Positions 1 through 14,423 of a stretch of 64,000 nt of DNA are shown here, piece by piece. The position numbers and the translations under genes were made by a program. Origin of the DNA: the human T2T-CHM13v2.0 reference genome, Homo sapiens. Each line of letters opens with the position of its first letter. The stretch's first letter is position 1. The notes beneath the pieces were generated by a model. It was given only the letters and a program-made list of their open reading frames with translations. It was not told the origin of the DNA and did no database searches. Where the stretch lies: NCBI RefSeq assembly GCF_009914755.1, contig NC_060929.1; one strand, given 5' to 3'.

Positions 1-767
1 TGGAGCGGAGCTGCAGCTGAGCTTCGATGACTTTCTAGAATGCATGACAAAAAAATCCTTGTCATAAGCCACAATATTTGGGGGTCATTTGCTATAATAG
101 CCAACCTAGGCTATCCTGACTAATAGCAGGAGGCTAGTCAAAATACTTAACAGTTGGTATAACATGAGCATTGACTAAAATCAACATAGATACCAGCTAG
201 GACACCAAGAAGGTGCATCCAGGATGATTTAGCTTTGCACTTTTTTCAAGTCTTATTATCCTATCTCTTTAAGGTGACTTTGCATATCTCAAATCTCATT
301 TACTAGGTATTGATTTTCTAACTTAGATTTTATAGTCCCTAGTGATTCCAGCCTCTATGGTTCCCCTCTTCTCTACTCCCTGTGACATGATTTGCTTGTG
401 CCAGAAAATAGACAATTCATCACGCTTTATTGTGTCAGTCATGCATATGTTTTCTCCTTATTGATATCATAAGTCCTGATAGGCACCATCCATGTTATGA
501 AACTTCTGTCCCTTCACAAGCTATACCACCATTCATCGCACAATATATAAGTGCATTTTGTGTTTAAAAAGTTTATGTGTGACATGCTGCTGTTATACTT
601 TCTCAATTCATCATAAGATCTTATTGCTCCCAACTGAACAGACCTTATATAGATGTTCTGAAATTAGAAGCTTGAGAGGAAATTGGTGTCCTCCCCAACA
701 AGAGAGAGCACTAAAGAGCCAGTGAGTGAGAGGCTGGTTTCTGACCTGGATTCCTAGCTGTCACCTA

Positions 768-1186
<419 letters not shown>

Positions 1187-3336
1187 CTAAGCACAGAATC
1201 TGGTCCTTAAAGCAGTTATTGATATTTTTATTTAATTTTATTACTAGTATAGCCCATGGGGTGCCTCCTGTTCTTTGGTTGGTTGGTTGCTTGGTTTGCT
1301 TGGACCCCTATTTCAGGGCTCAGAGCAACCCCAGGCTCTCTCTAGGATTGTGATTGAACATTTTACCTCTTTGGAGTGTGATTCTTCACCAGCTCCAGTC
1401 CCCATGACTGTGTCATTTCCATCCTAACCAGATGCAAACATGAAGCTCCATGTGTTACTCCCCAAGGGCCCCAGGCTCTGGAGTGGTCCTGGCTCATGGT
1501 CTGTCTGGATTACCTTGGAATAGCTACTTAACTTCTCTGTTTCTCAGATTCCTCACTCCTAAAATAGGACAATAATAGTGCCTGCCTAGTAGAGTTGTTG
1601 TGAGGATTGATGAGTTAACATATCCAAAGCTCCAAGAACTGCTACTGACATTAGTGAATACATTTTAGCTATGATGATTCTTCATTCCCCCATTTTTGTG
1701 ATTTTGGCAATTTTTGTTAAAGATTCTGCATCTCTTCCATACTATGGGCTCAATTCCATGACACTCCACTGCCTTCCAAAGCCCATGTGCTCACAGCATG
1801 CCCCTCAGTGCACCCTGAACACCCCTGGGACACGAGTTCCAACTCAGCTGTTTCCACTACTTCTCTTCTGGAGAATAACCTTGCCAGGCCAGTCTGCTCC
1901 TCAACCTCAAATCTGAGGAAATAAAATTTCTCAGTTTTCCTGTCACTTTTTTGAGTTCTTACCAAGAAAAAATGATAGCAAGAGACTTGCTGCTTTGGGC
2001 CAAGGACAGAATGAGCAGGATGAGTGGTTGATGTGACTTCTGCCAGCAATTACTGCCCCATGTGGTAGTCTGCTTGCTTCCGGCAATGTTCCGGTGTCCA
2101 TTCTATCACGTGATCCTGGAAGTAATTGGAAACATCTGTTGTGAAGTCAGAGAGACCCACGGTCAAATCCTGACTTCTTGCACACGGATGCAGCAAGATC
2201 ACTTTCTATGATCTTGAACATGTCAAAAAAATATCTGTTTTCTGTTTCCTCATTTGAAAAATGGATTTACTGATACCTACCTTGCAGAGCTCTTGAAAGA
2301 ATTAAAAAGAGTAACTTATATAATGTTGCATGCAGCTGAGAAGGCAGAGATCCGCAATTCAGCTGGGTATCATCTTGTTAAGCCATGAGATGTTGAGACC
2401 GAAACTGCCCAGGAGGGAGTAGGGCAGGGAAAGGGTGAAGATGGGATGGAGGGTTGGAAGCAGGTTACATCCTCTCACCATGCCTTGTGCCTGGCCTTGG
2501 AGTCTATGTCTGCCAGGAAGGGGAATCTTTTTTTCTGTTTTCCAAATTGTGCCCTGTAGGTCTGGGGGCAGCGGACTGTCTTTGTAAAATGCCAAAGAAT
2601 GCCAAGCTTAGAGATGGTGGCCAATAAATTATAGCTGTTATCATCCCTAGCAAGTTCATATCCCAGAACCATGAGTCTAAGTTTCCAGCTTTTTGGGAAA
2701 AGGGATGTGGTTGGTTTGTTTTCCATTTAAAAATGATTATTGATCTCTATTCTTTGAAAGACAGGAAATGTCAACCCTTTTGTACTACATACAAAGTTGT
2801 GTGGCTTATTAAATTATTAAACCCCATCTTCTTCTAACCCAATGGCTTTACAGGTAGGACCCACAGGTGAAGACTTGGCAAAATGTTTCAAGCTTCGATC
2901 AGGAGAATTGCAGAGGCCAGATTCTGGCCCAGTATGAGGGTAAGGGGGAAGTTGCTTCCTAAGGCAGGTGTAGATTAGACAGCTCCTCACCAGATGTGCT
3001 GCCTTATGTGCTGGAGGCCAGTGTTGGCAGGAGGAAACCGGAGAGAAACCTGATCCTGAGAATGAGAGAAAGAAGGAAAGGTGTTCTCACCCATGAGTTA
3101 ATGCAGTTGTTCAATGGCTGTGAGCGGGCACTTGGGGAAGATACCAGGTTTCTGTTATTGATTTTCAGGACTTGGGACAGTTCTGCTCCCCTCGCCTGGG
3201 TAAATGGGCCCTGCCTCATGGAAGAGAGTCTCCTGCTGGGATTGTGGTGATGAAAGAAAGAGGACCCTCATTTTTTTCAGTTGTTTTATTTTGGATTAAT
3301 TTTAGACTTATTAATTTTAGACTTAAAGGAGAGTTA

Positions 3337-3611
3337 TGGTGATAGTATAGTATACTATAGTATACTATCTAACTATAGTATACTGTACTAACTATAGATA
3401 GAATAATATATTATACTATCTGACTATAGTATACTAACTGTAGATAGTATACTATACTAACTATATAGTGTAGTTATATACTATATATATAACTAGATAG
3501 CTAGATAGTATAGTATATGCTATATATACTATAGTATACTAGTATAGTATCTAACTAGTTAGCTATATAGTATACTATACTCTCTATACTATCTAGTATA
3601 CTATACTATAG
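3337..3611. repeat. (TAGTA/TATAG/TACTA)n self-complementary low-complexity tract
   Basis: Seen directly. Confidence 0.9.
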
Positions 3612-3649
3612 TAACTCTCCTATAAGTCTAAAATTATTCAAACACCAGA

Positions 3650-3894
3650 GGCTGGGTACAGTGGCTCATGCCTGTAATCCCTTCCACCTCCCAGGTTCAA
3701 GCGATTCACCTGCCTCAGCCTCCCGAGTAGCTGGGATTACAGGCACCCACCATGCCTGGCTAATTTTTGTGTTTTTAGTAAAGACGGCATTTCACCATAT
3801 TGGCCAGGCTGGCTCGAACTCCTGACCTCAGGTGATCTACCCGCATCGGCCTCCCAAAGTGTCAGGATTACAGGCATGAGCCACCATGCTTGCC
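3650..3894. mobile_element. Rearranged Alu: about 31 bp of plus-strand Alu 5' end fused to a minus-strand, tail-less AluS
   Basis: ggctgggtacagtggctcatgcctgtaatccc, followed directly by antisense Alu ...cctcccaggttcaagcg...gagccaccatgcttgcc. Confidence 0.85.
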
Positions 3895-5333
3895 CTCTGG
3901 TGTTTTAATGTGATTCTCTCTTTCCTCAGGAAAGACCCTCAGCGTGGTCACAATAACTCGAAAAAGCCACTCATCTAGCAGTGAGCCAGAGGAATTCTAG
4001 AAAGGGCTGCTTTCTGAGAGAATAAACCATGGTTCCTGAGGTTATCTGAGAGAACTTTCTAGAAGGCTGGTTGGAGATGTTATAGTCCATAGTCCTCACT
4101 AGGCGTTCCTATGTGGTCATGCTCCAGGCTCATGAGATGGTGAGAATTCATATTAGGGGTAAATATCACCTTGGCTTTTCCCCAGTTGTTCCTCCACACC
4201 TTCTTTGGAAAGGTGACCTTGTTCCAGTGCCCTGTCTCCTTCAGCAGACCCCCAACTCCCAGGGTTCTCTGGAGTGAGACATTCTCTTTAGACCTTCAGA
4301 CTGGGGATGACTGGAACCTGAGCCTGGTCCCAACCAAGACAGGGGTCTGATGTGGAGAGATGACCCCATGCTTGACCCCCTGATTTCTTTTCCCTAGTGG
4401 TCTTTGTACCTATAAGAGAAAATTCAGGTTGAGAGATGCCAGCACAGGTTGATGGGAGGCTGGATACAGTCACAGCAGTAGGGCTAGAAGGAGGACAGGG
4501 ATTTATTCAGTCAGCCATTTAGTCAATCAGGCAGCAAATACTTATGGAATGCTTATTCAGGGTCGGAAACTGTTGTAGGTGCCAGGAATAAAGAGCGAAC
4601 ACAAAAGTCCCTGCCCTCATGGAGTTGACATTCTACGGGCTATTGGGGGCAACATGGAGAGTCATATCTGGAACACAGAGAGAGGAGGTGTGAACAACAC
4701 TCCCGGATTTCAGGAGTATGGGGAATGTGGGAGGAGATGGAGATCTGAATGGGGAAGATGATGGGTTCCATCTGGAATGCTTGGCATTTGGGGTGTTTGT
4801 TAGCCATCAAGGCTGAAGTATCCAGTTAGATATGCAGAGCATACTTGAAAAGACACATTTAGCAGGTGCCTGGGAACACTATACAAATGGGTGAGATCAC
4901 CTGGCAGAAAGGGACTCACAGTGGGGCTCAGGCAGGAGCAGGGGCATGTCAGGGCCACCTCAGGAGCTTCTTTAAACTCCATGAAACAGTGCTCTTGACT
5001 CAGACATTTAGAGATTGGAAACACTGCCTAGGGGCATCCTCTCCAATTAGGAATTACTGCCATTGAGGTGTCTCCTAAGAGGCTGTCTATGTTGAAGCAA
5101 CAAGACTTGGGGGTTACTGTATGGATGGAGAACAGGGCCCAGTTAAAATTGGAAGCCATCATGGCAGCGTAAAATTTGGAAGAACATGCTAGGTGGTAGA
5201 AAGCACCTGGCTAGGGACTCAATAAATCGAGGTCTTCATTCCAGTTCCTCCCTAACTACTGTTGCCTCACACAAGACACTAGCTTCTCTGAGTTTTAATT
5301 TTCCCATCATTAAAATCTGATATTAGACTACAC

Positions 5334-5507
5334 CACTGGTTCAAGAGGCAGCAGTATCAGCATCTCCTCAGAACTTTTTAGAAATGCAAATTCTTGGGAC
5401 CTCTTCCTGACTTAGTGAAATTAGAAACAGGGTGGGGTCCAGCAGGCAGTTAGTACAAGTCTTTCAGGTGATTCTGATGCTTCCAAAAGAAGCTTGAGAA
5501 CCACTGG
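5334..5507. mobile_element. MER5A-like hAT-Charlie MITE
   Basis: cagcatc...agaaatgcaaattcttggg...ggtgattctgatgc...ttgagaaccactg. Confidence 0.75.
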
Positions 5508-5800
5508 CTTAGATGAATTTGAAACTCCCTGCTAGCATTAAAGCTTCTACACCATAATCTTGTTCAGATGCTTTTGTCAGGTTTCATAGTCTGTGCTTCT
5601 TTGTCCTCCTCCAATTGTTAAATGATTGTAAGTCAGTTTCTCCTTGAGGTGGGAGGATGTGTGTGTTGTGCGTATGCCTGTGTATATGTGTGTCTGCATG
5701 TGTGCATATGCTTACGTGTGTGTGTGTATATGTGTGGTGATGGGAGGTTGGTGGGTGGAGATGCATAGCTTTCCTGCTTGCCTTCTTAGATGATGTAAGA

Positions 5801-6541
5801 CAGCGGTCCCCAACCTGGGACCCCTCTGGGAGTTGGGGGTCTGCTAAAGGAGACAGGGCTCTGGAGCAAGGTCACCTTTCCAAACAAGGTGTGGAGGAAC
5901 CACCGGGGAAAGGCCAAGGTGATATTTACCCCTAATATGAATTCTTACCATCTCATGGGCCTGGAGCATGACCACATAGGAACTCCTAGTAAGGACTGTG
6001 GACTATAACATCTGCAACAACCCTTCTAGAAAGTTCCCCGACCTTTTTGACACCAGGGGCTGGTTTCCTGGAAGACAGTTTTTTTCCATGGATGAGGGTG
6101 GGAGGTGGGATGATTCCAGCATGTTGCAATTATTATGTACTTTATTTCTATTATTATTACATTGTAATATATAATGAAGTAATTATTTCTTATACAACTT
6201 ACCATAGTGTAGAATCAGTGGGAGCCCTGAGTTTGTTTTCCTACAACTAGACAGTCCCATCTGGGGGTGATGGGAGAAAGTGACAGATCATCAGGCATTA
6301 GATTCTCATAAGGAGTGCACAACCTAGATTCCTTACATGCACAGTTCACAATAGGGTTCGTGCTCCTATGAGAATCTAATGCTGCTGATCTGACAGGAGG
6401 CGGAACTCAGGCAGTAATGCTAGTAATGGGGACTGACTGTAAATACAGACGAAGCTTGGCTCACTCACCCACCACTCAACTCCTGCTGTGTGTTGCCCGG
6501 TTCCTAAAAGGCCACAGAACAGTACTGATCCATGGCCCCTG
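5801..6541 (+). mobile_element. MER1A (hAT-Charlie) carrying a 211-bp insert of host DNA
   Basis: Starts cagcggtccccaacct. MER1A body at 6037-6541. Direct repeat (tg)atgtaaga at 5791-5800 and 6542-6551, consistent with an 8-bp hAT TSD. Confidence 0.9.
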
Positions 6542-7738
6542 TGATGTAAGAAGTGAGCTTGAGTTGGTGACAGAAACAGGTCACACTGTGCAGGCTCCCA
6601 CACAGAGTAGGTACTTGGAAGTGGTTTTGCGCCTTTACCTTCTCTAACATAACTGCATTGACTGACTCTAGTAGGTTGTCAACTCTTTGGTGCTGCCACT
6701 GTCTCCAGCGGCTCTTGATCTGTGGCATCTGTGCTCCCCTGGGATTTCCAACTGAGTCTAAACAGGAACCACTGCTAGAGGCTTTCAGCATGGATTGCTC
6801 TCTGCCAGAAGTCAACACTTGGGCCAGAAGAATCCGTCGTGAGATCCATTTACAACCCAGCTGAGCCCAGTTTGTGAAGCAGCGTGACACTCAGAGGTGC
6901 AGACCTACCCCTGACACTGGTGCATGGAGCACAAGAGTTCCCATAGAAGCCCACGTACATTTGTCTTAAAAACCTACAAGTCGTTAAATAGGCTAACAAA
7001 TTATTAGACACAATATTTTCTCTCCTTCTAACCTGACAAATATATAGTACACTTTCATAATGACCAGAAAGAGCAGGTTCAAATTCCAATTTCTCAGACT
7101 CCTTGAATATCCACTTCAAGAGGAGGCAACTTCTATTTCTACTTGAAGAGAACTGCCCCGCCGAGCCCTGGTCTGCCCCAGGCCTCACCCTGTCCCTCCC
7201 TGAAGGATGTTCATATGCACACGCATGGACACCTGCCCATAACCCTAGCTAGTGCTGTCCACTGCCCGTCCTGGAGCACAGCAACCCGTTGGCCACCCTT
7301 TTGCCTGAGGGCCCACATGGCTAGCAGCACAGTTCACCCTCAGAAGGACACGCCCAGGGACAAGGCCACTGAGGACCAGGAAAAGGGCTCGGGACTCTCT
7401 GGGCAGGGAATTCCAGGGTCATGAGTACCCAAGGAGTGGATGGAGCACAGGCTTTCCATAGGAATGTCCTTTTGGCTTGGGACTCCACACTCCGCTCATG
7501 GGGAGAGGTGTGGCTAGAGGAGGATCCAAACTGGTCCTTCTAAAACAGGGCCCACGTTTGCCTGGGTCTGAGGGAGCACTGCCCTGAGGAGCTGTTCCAA
7601 GTGGCTGTCTTTCCTGCTCACTGCTAGTACTCTGCAGATACTTCCCCATGAAGTATTTAGGGAGGAACTCTAATTTATGATCATCTAATCCAGTGCATTG
7701 ACTAGGACATGAGGAAACCGAAGCACTCCACAAAGGTA

Positions 7739-7857
7739 GATTACTCCCTGGAATTACACTTGGGAATGATGGATTACTCCCTGGAATTACACTCGGGAAT
7801 GATGGATTACTCTCTGGAGTGGCAAACTACTCTTTGGAATTGCACTCTGGCATGATG
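7739..7857. repeat. 33-bp tandem repeat (gattactccctggaattacact[t/c]gggaatgatg), 2 full copies plus degenerate copies
   Basis: Seen directly. Confidence 0.9.
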
Positions 7858-8857
7858 AATTTCAAAGGGAAGCATGATTGTGATGTGTAGGGTAACTGCT
7901 CCACAGAGAAAAGCCAGCAGGGATCTGGAAAACTCTTCCTGCTGCTCCTTAGTGACTGGCAACTCCTTTAATCCACAGGTAACTAGAACAAACACTGTTC
8001 TGTGTCTTAAACCCACATTTTCACTGCTGCCTTGAGGGCATCACCTTGGAAGTAGCTCCAGTGGCCACTTTTTTTTGGGTTACACATTCATAGTGCTGCT
8101 TTAATAATAATAGTTGGAACAAGTTTCAAACAGATGGAAATATGGTTTTTGTTTTCCTATTCGGAATTTTCTGACTATTTTTAGTTAGTCTGGGCATTCT
8201 CTATTGCATCAGTGAATGTAACTTGGTTCTTTCTGTGAAAATCAAATAACTAAAAAGCTAGCAATGTATTTCTGTCACAGATGATATTTTTGTTTGCATT
8301 TTGAAGTGTTTTTATGAATTGGATTACAAAACTAATTGAATCAGAGATGAATTTCGCTCAGAATTTGAAGTATTTTATGAAATAAAATTTCTATAAGAAA
8401 TTGACCTAATTATTCAGAAGTTTCTAATGCAACAGCCTAATACAGTTTTGAAAGTCCTCCAGAGAAAAAAGCTCAAGCATACTCTCCCTCATAGCAAAGA
8501 AGCACCCTTTTTATTTACTTATCTCTTAAGCAGTATAGCTTCTAGTTTACAGGAACACAGCTTCAGGGCATATTGTATAGATGCATTATTTTAGTTTCAA
8601 ATGCTATGTTTCTTCAAAACTAGTTTTCTATTATGTACCATATTTTTCCATCATTTGTAACCGTTATTGGTGAAACAAGTGTTATTTTTATATTTAACTG
8701 CTTAATATTGCTTGTCTCACACATAAGTGGCCTACTACTTAGATTTTTTTTAATATTGAGGAAGCACTAGCATGTTTCTATGTAACAGATAAGATCCCAC
8801 AAGACTTCAGAATTATAACCATTATAAAAAAAAATTTGTTTCATTAAGAGTTTTTTC

Positions 8858-9153
8858 GGCCAGGCACAGTGGCTCATGTCTGTAATCGTAGCACTTTGGG
8901 AGGCCAAGGTGGGCGGATCACTTGAGGTCAGGAGTTTGAGAACAGCCTGGCCAATATGGTGAAACGTCATCTCTAGTAAAAAGTTAAGCTGGCGTGGTGG
9001 TGCATGCCTGTAATCCCAGCTATTCTGGAGCCTGAGGCAGGAGAATCACTTGAACCCAGGAGGCGGAGGTTGCAGTGAACTGAGATCGTGCCACTACTCT
9101 AGCGTGCATGACAGAATGAAACTCCATCTCAAACAAAAAAAAAAAAAAAAAAA
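8858..9153 (+). mobile_element. AluS with a shortened middle linker
   Basis: Dimer with poly(A) tail. Confidence 0.92.
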
Positions 9154-11595
9154 GCTTTACTTGCCCTAGCCAAAGCTTTCCCTGATGATTCAGACATTGC
9201 AGAGATGTGAGGAAAGCCTTGGGTGGTTTCCCTCTTATGTTTCTCTCTGGTGGCTGGAAGAGATTTAGAGAATTACTTTGATCTGCTCATTGCAGTTGGG
9301 ACTATGTCCTAATGTCTCCACGTCTCTTATGGTGATACCAGACCATGTGCTGTGACTTTGCCTGATGGTTTCTCTGGCCTTTCTGGGTTCACCACCTTTC
9401 TGTACCTAAAACTTATCTCTAGCCCATAGGCGGTCCCACTGGAGGCTTACTCCTCCCTTTATCCTGCCCCCCTCCACACATACCCCAATAATACAATGTC
9501 TATATAATCAGTATGCTTCCTCTGTAAATACAGCTTCAGATGGGCCTGGACTGGGTCCTGCCCTGCCCTCAAGGACACTTCAAACAAATACACAAATAGA
9601 AAAATGCTGTCCTCAAAATGCAAATGTCACTTGAGAAAGCCTCTGGTACTTCCTTCTCTCTGCCATTTATAAGCCCTTCTCCACACAGGTTTTAGAGGTT
9701 CCAATCCAATGGCCCCAGCCTTTGTGCTGCACTCAACTGCTTTACAGGAAAAAAAAAAAAGTTTCATTTACAAACACACATTCTCCAAAAGAGGCTGCAG
9801 AAGCTGTGGAAAGGGAAACCGTATCTCTTAGGCTCGGGGGAAGGCAGTGGGTTCCACTGCATGCACAGCTCTGAACAGTTAATAGTGCTGCTCCAGGTCC
9901 AGGGTTGAGCAGGATTCTGAAGCTTCCCTGAAGAAGAGAGGATGGAGACAGTGTGATCAACTTGACGCTGAGGGTGACTTGCAGGTTTCTGGAAGTCATG
10001 GTGGATGGTGATGCCACCTACCAGGGTTACAGGAGGGGCTCGGGTCAAAAAGAAAGATGATGAATTCAGTTCTGTTATGTGGAATTTGAGAGGCCCAGTG
10101 TCACCTGGGTCCACCTGGCAGTTGGGTACATAGGCCTGCTCCTCTGAAGGGAAGGGCTGGGCTGGAGAAATGGGTGCGGGAGCCACAGGATATATGTGGC
10201 AATGACTGGCAGGGAAGAGGGTATAGTGGGAGCTGAGAACAGGGAATCTGGGCAGAGTCACCAGGAACATCAATGTGAAGGGGAGGGGAGAGGAAGAAAT
10301 TCTCTACCTGGCTCCTCACTGTCCCATTGACAAGATCCTCATTCAACAGACTCTAGACCTCAGTTTCTTCATCTGTAAAGTGGGAATAATATCTTCCTCC
10401 ACTACCTCTGGCAAACATGGTATGTTGAAGACACATACTTACTACTGGTCCCTTCAGTCCCCACTAAAATGCTTGTAAATTGGGGAGAAGAGTAGTAACC
10501 AGCAGGACAAAGGAAACAGACAAAGATGGCAGCAATAACATTTGAGAAACCGAAATGTGCATGGACAAGTGGCGACAGATTTAGCAACCAAAGAAAGATG
10601 ATTTCTAGGCCAGGAGTGAGGCAAAGATCAGAAGTAGACTAAGGTTTGAGCATTGCTTTAAGATTTACAAAGGCACCTCCCTCTCTCTGTCCTCTCAAAT
10701 AGATCTTTCTCTTTTTAAAGAAATACAAAATACTCTTTTTAAATAAATTCAAGTGGTAAAGATACTGGCGCACTATATGGGTAAACCATAATTTATCCAT
10801 CTCTTTACTGATGAGCAGTTAGGTTATTCCAGGAAAAATAAACATGCAGATAAAAGTACATACTTCATGAGGATAAAATCCAGTAACATCAGAATGGTTG
10901 TTATCTCTGGAAGAGAGGAAGGAAGAGGAAAGAGATTCAGTATGAAATTTTAGCTGTATTTTATTTACCTTTATTTTCTTTTAAAAAAATACCTGAAAAT
11001 TAAAATTATAATAATTATAGAACTACATAAATATTATGTTTACGTATATATTAATATGTTTATTTATATAAATATTACAAATATTTATTTGAGGAAGAGA
11101 AAAAACTCTTCCACTCAGTTTGTGGTGACAGGTGAGTGTGTGTGAAGACAGCCTGCTGGGAGCACTGGGCTTCCCACAGCTCCGCTCAGAACCTTCATGA
11201 GGGCTAGAGCCCTGGTCTTGGGCCTCTCTCCCCTCTCCCAGACACTGTGAGACCTGGCCCACCTTCCTGTGAGGGCCAGTGGTTGTGCCCCTCTGGCTTC
11301 CACTGCTATGATGGGGGCCCAAAGGGACATGATGGTGAGACATCATTCAGAATCAGAACTGTCCTCGAGAATCCAGGACATAGAGAGCAAAACATTTTGA
11401 AAAATCCTGTTCTAGCTGATGAGCAGCAACCGAAGTAGAGAGGAGCGAATGGCCGCCTGTTCTGTGCTCTTTATAATCAGGTCCTCCCTGATGGCACTTT
11501 GGTCACTGTCCACTGACAATTCCCTGTGTCCTTGTTCACAGCACTAACAACCTCCTTCCTGGGCACCTTCGTTTTACTGTGTCTGTTGATAAGGG

Positions 11596-12233
<638 letters not shown>

Positions 12234-13118
12234 TAAAAGATCTGCATCATTCATCACAAACTATTTTTAGCCTTACCCTGAAATGCAGAGAAACAGACTG
12301 CAAACATGAGACAGCACCATTTGCTCCAACCCAACTGGTGCAAACTTCACGAAGCAGTGTTATTTCGCAGATTTCCTTTAGTAACCAAGGAGTGTGGTTA
12401 TACCCACACCCACATGTCTTTTGATCTTTGGATGTAAAAATATTTTTGAAAGTGAACTTTTAAAATTGGGAAAACAATATAACATTCTGGAAAGCTTGCC
12501 AAATAGAAGAATATGGGAGAAAAATTGTCCTTCATCTCTGCCACCCTAATGTATCAATTAGCTTTCTTCTCTTGCCTTCAAGTTATTTTTCAAATGAACA
12601 TATTAAATAACTGTAATAATAGTATTGGTGGCAATTGAGTATGCTTTTCTGTTTAATACTACATCATAATTTGCCACAGTGTCATACAAGCCTCTTTTTT
12701 TAATAGATTTTTTATTTTGAAATACATTTAGATTTATAGAAGGGTTGGGTAGTCACTAGAGAGAATGCCTATCCACCTTATACCAATTTCTCCTCATGTT
12801 AACATCTTACATAACCATGGCACATTTGTCAAATCTAAACAATGAATTAGTGATAGTACTAACTAGTGATAGTACAGTGCTGTCAACTGAACCACAGACT
12901 TTATTTAATTTTACTGGTTTTCCCACTACTGTTCTTTTTCTGCTCCAGGGTCCAATTCAAGATACCACAAGTACATATTGTGTTTATTGTGTGTATACCA
13001 GTAGATTCAGGTGATACACCATACTTGGCCTAACTACTGCCCTTTCTAAATATTTAGATTGCTTATAGTTTTTCCGTATCACACGTAGTACTGTGAAGAA
13101 CATCTGCATGTGGGTAGT

Positions 13119-13489
13119 TGTATTAGTCCGTTCTCGCACTGCTGTAAAGATACACTCGAGATTGGGTAATTTAGAAATAGAGAAGTTTAATTGGCTCATG
13201 GTTCTGCAGGCTGTGCAAGAAGCATGGCTGGGGAGGCTCGGGAATTTCAATCATGGCAGAAGGCAAAGGGGAAAGCAGGCAATGTCTTACGTGGCCAGAG
13301 CAGGAGGAACACAGGGGGAAGTGCCTTACACTTTTATTAAAGAACCAGATCTTACGAGAACTCGCTCACTATCACGAGAACAACAAGGGAGAAATCCTTC
13401 CCCATGATCCAGTCACCTTCCACCAGGCCCTTCCTCCAACACTGGGGATTGCAATTCGACATGCGGGGACACAGATCCAAACCATATTA
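13119..13489 (-). mobile_element. MST-family (MaLR) solo LTR inside an old L1M 3' fragment
   Basis: tgtattagtccgttctcgcactgct...acagatccaaaccatatta. 5-bp TSD gtagt/gtagc. Confidence 0.85.
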
Positions 13490-14095
13490 GTAGCCTTCTC
13501 TTCTTTTAAGATTCCTTCCTTATGGCTGCCTATAATCAGATTTCTGGAGGCCCAAGGATAAGAACGGATTTATGGCCCTGGATATCATTGCATATTGCCG
13601 CCAAAGTGTCTTCCACAATGTCTGAATACTCATTTATACTGTCACAAGCAATTTTTCGAGAGTAGTGCATTCATGTACCCTTGTCAGTGTTACTCTCGTT
13701 TTAATATTTTCGTTAATTTAATAGGTGAAAACATCTCAATTTTTGAAATGTGTATTTCTTCGGTAACTAGCAAATTTGAATATTTCCCCATGTGTGTTTA
13801 CTAGCTATACTTGTTTTTTTTTTTTTTTTTTTTTGCAAATTGTCTCTTCATATTTTATTTATTAGGGTCTGAATTTTCTTATTAATATGCATAAGTTTTA
13901 TAATAAAGATATCCTTTGGCCTCTCATTTTGCTGCAATTTTTTACCCCTCCATCTGTTGTTTGAATTTTTTCTTTTGTAATTTTCAAAGAGCATGATGGA
14001 AGTTTTATGATGTAGATTCCATTATTTTTTAAAAATTTATATATTTTTAGTCTCTTTTAAGCTTAGAAAGGTTCTTCCTCTAAGTCTGGTTTTAA

Positions 14096-14423
<328 letters not shown>

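Noticed and set aside
7739-7857. 33-bp repeats of CRISPR-like length
   Set aside because: Head-to-tail with no unique spacers, no cas genes, and a primate genome. This is a minisatellite.
9764-10273. 169-aa minus-strand ORF, and similar long ORFs at 31776-32255 and 49625-50104
   Set aside because: No recognisable domain or exon structure. They overlap L2-like or compositionally biased sequence and are expected by chance.
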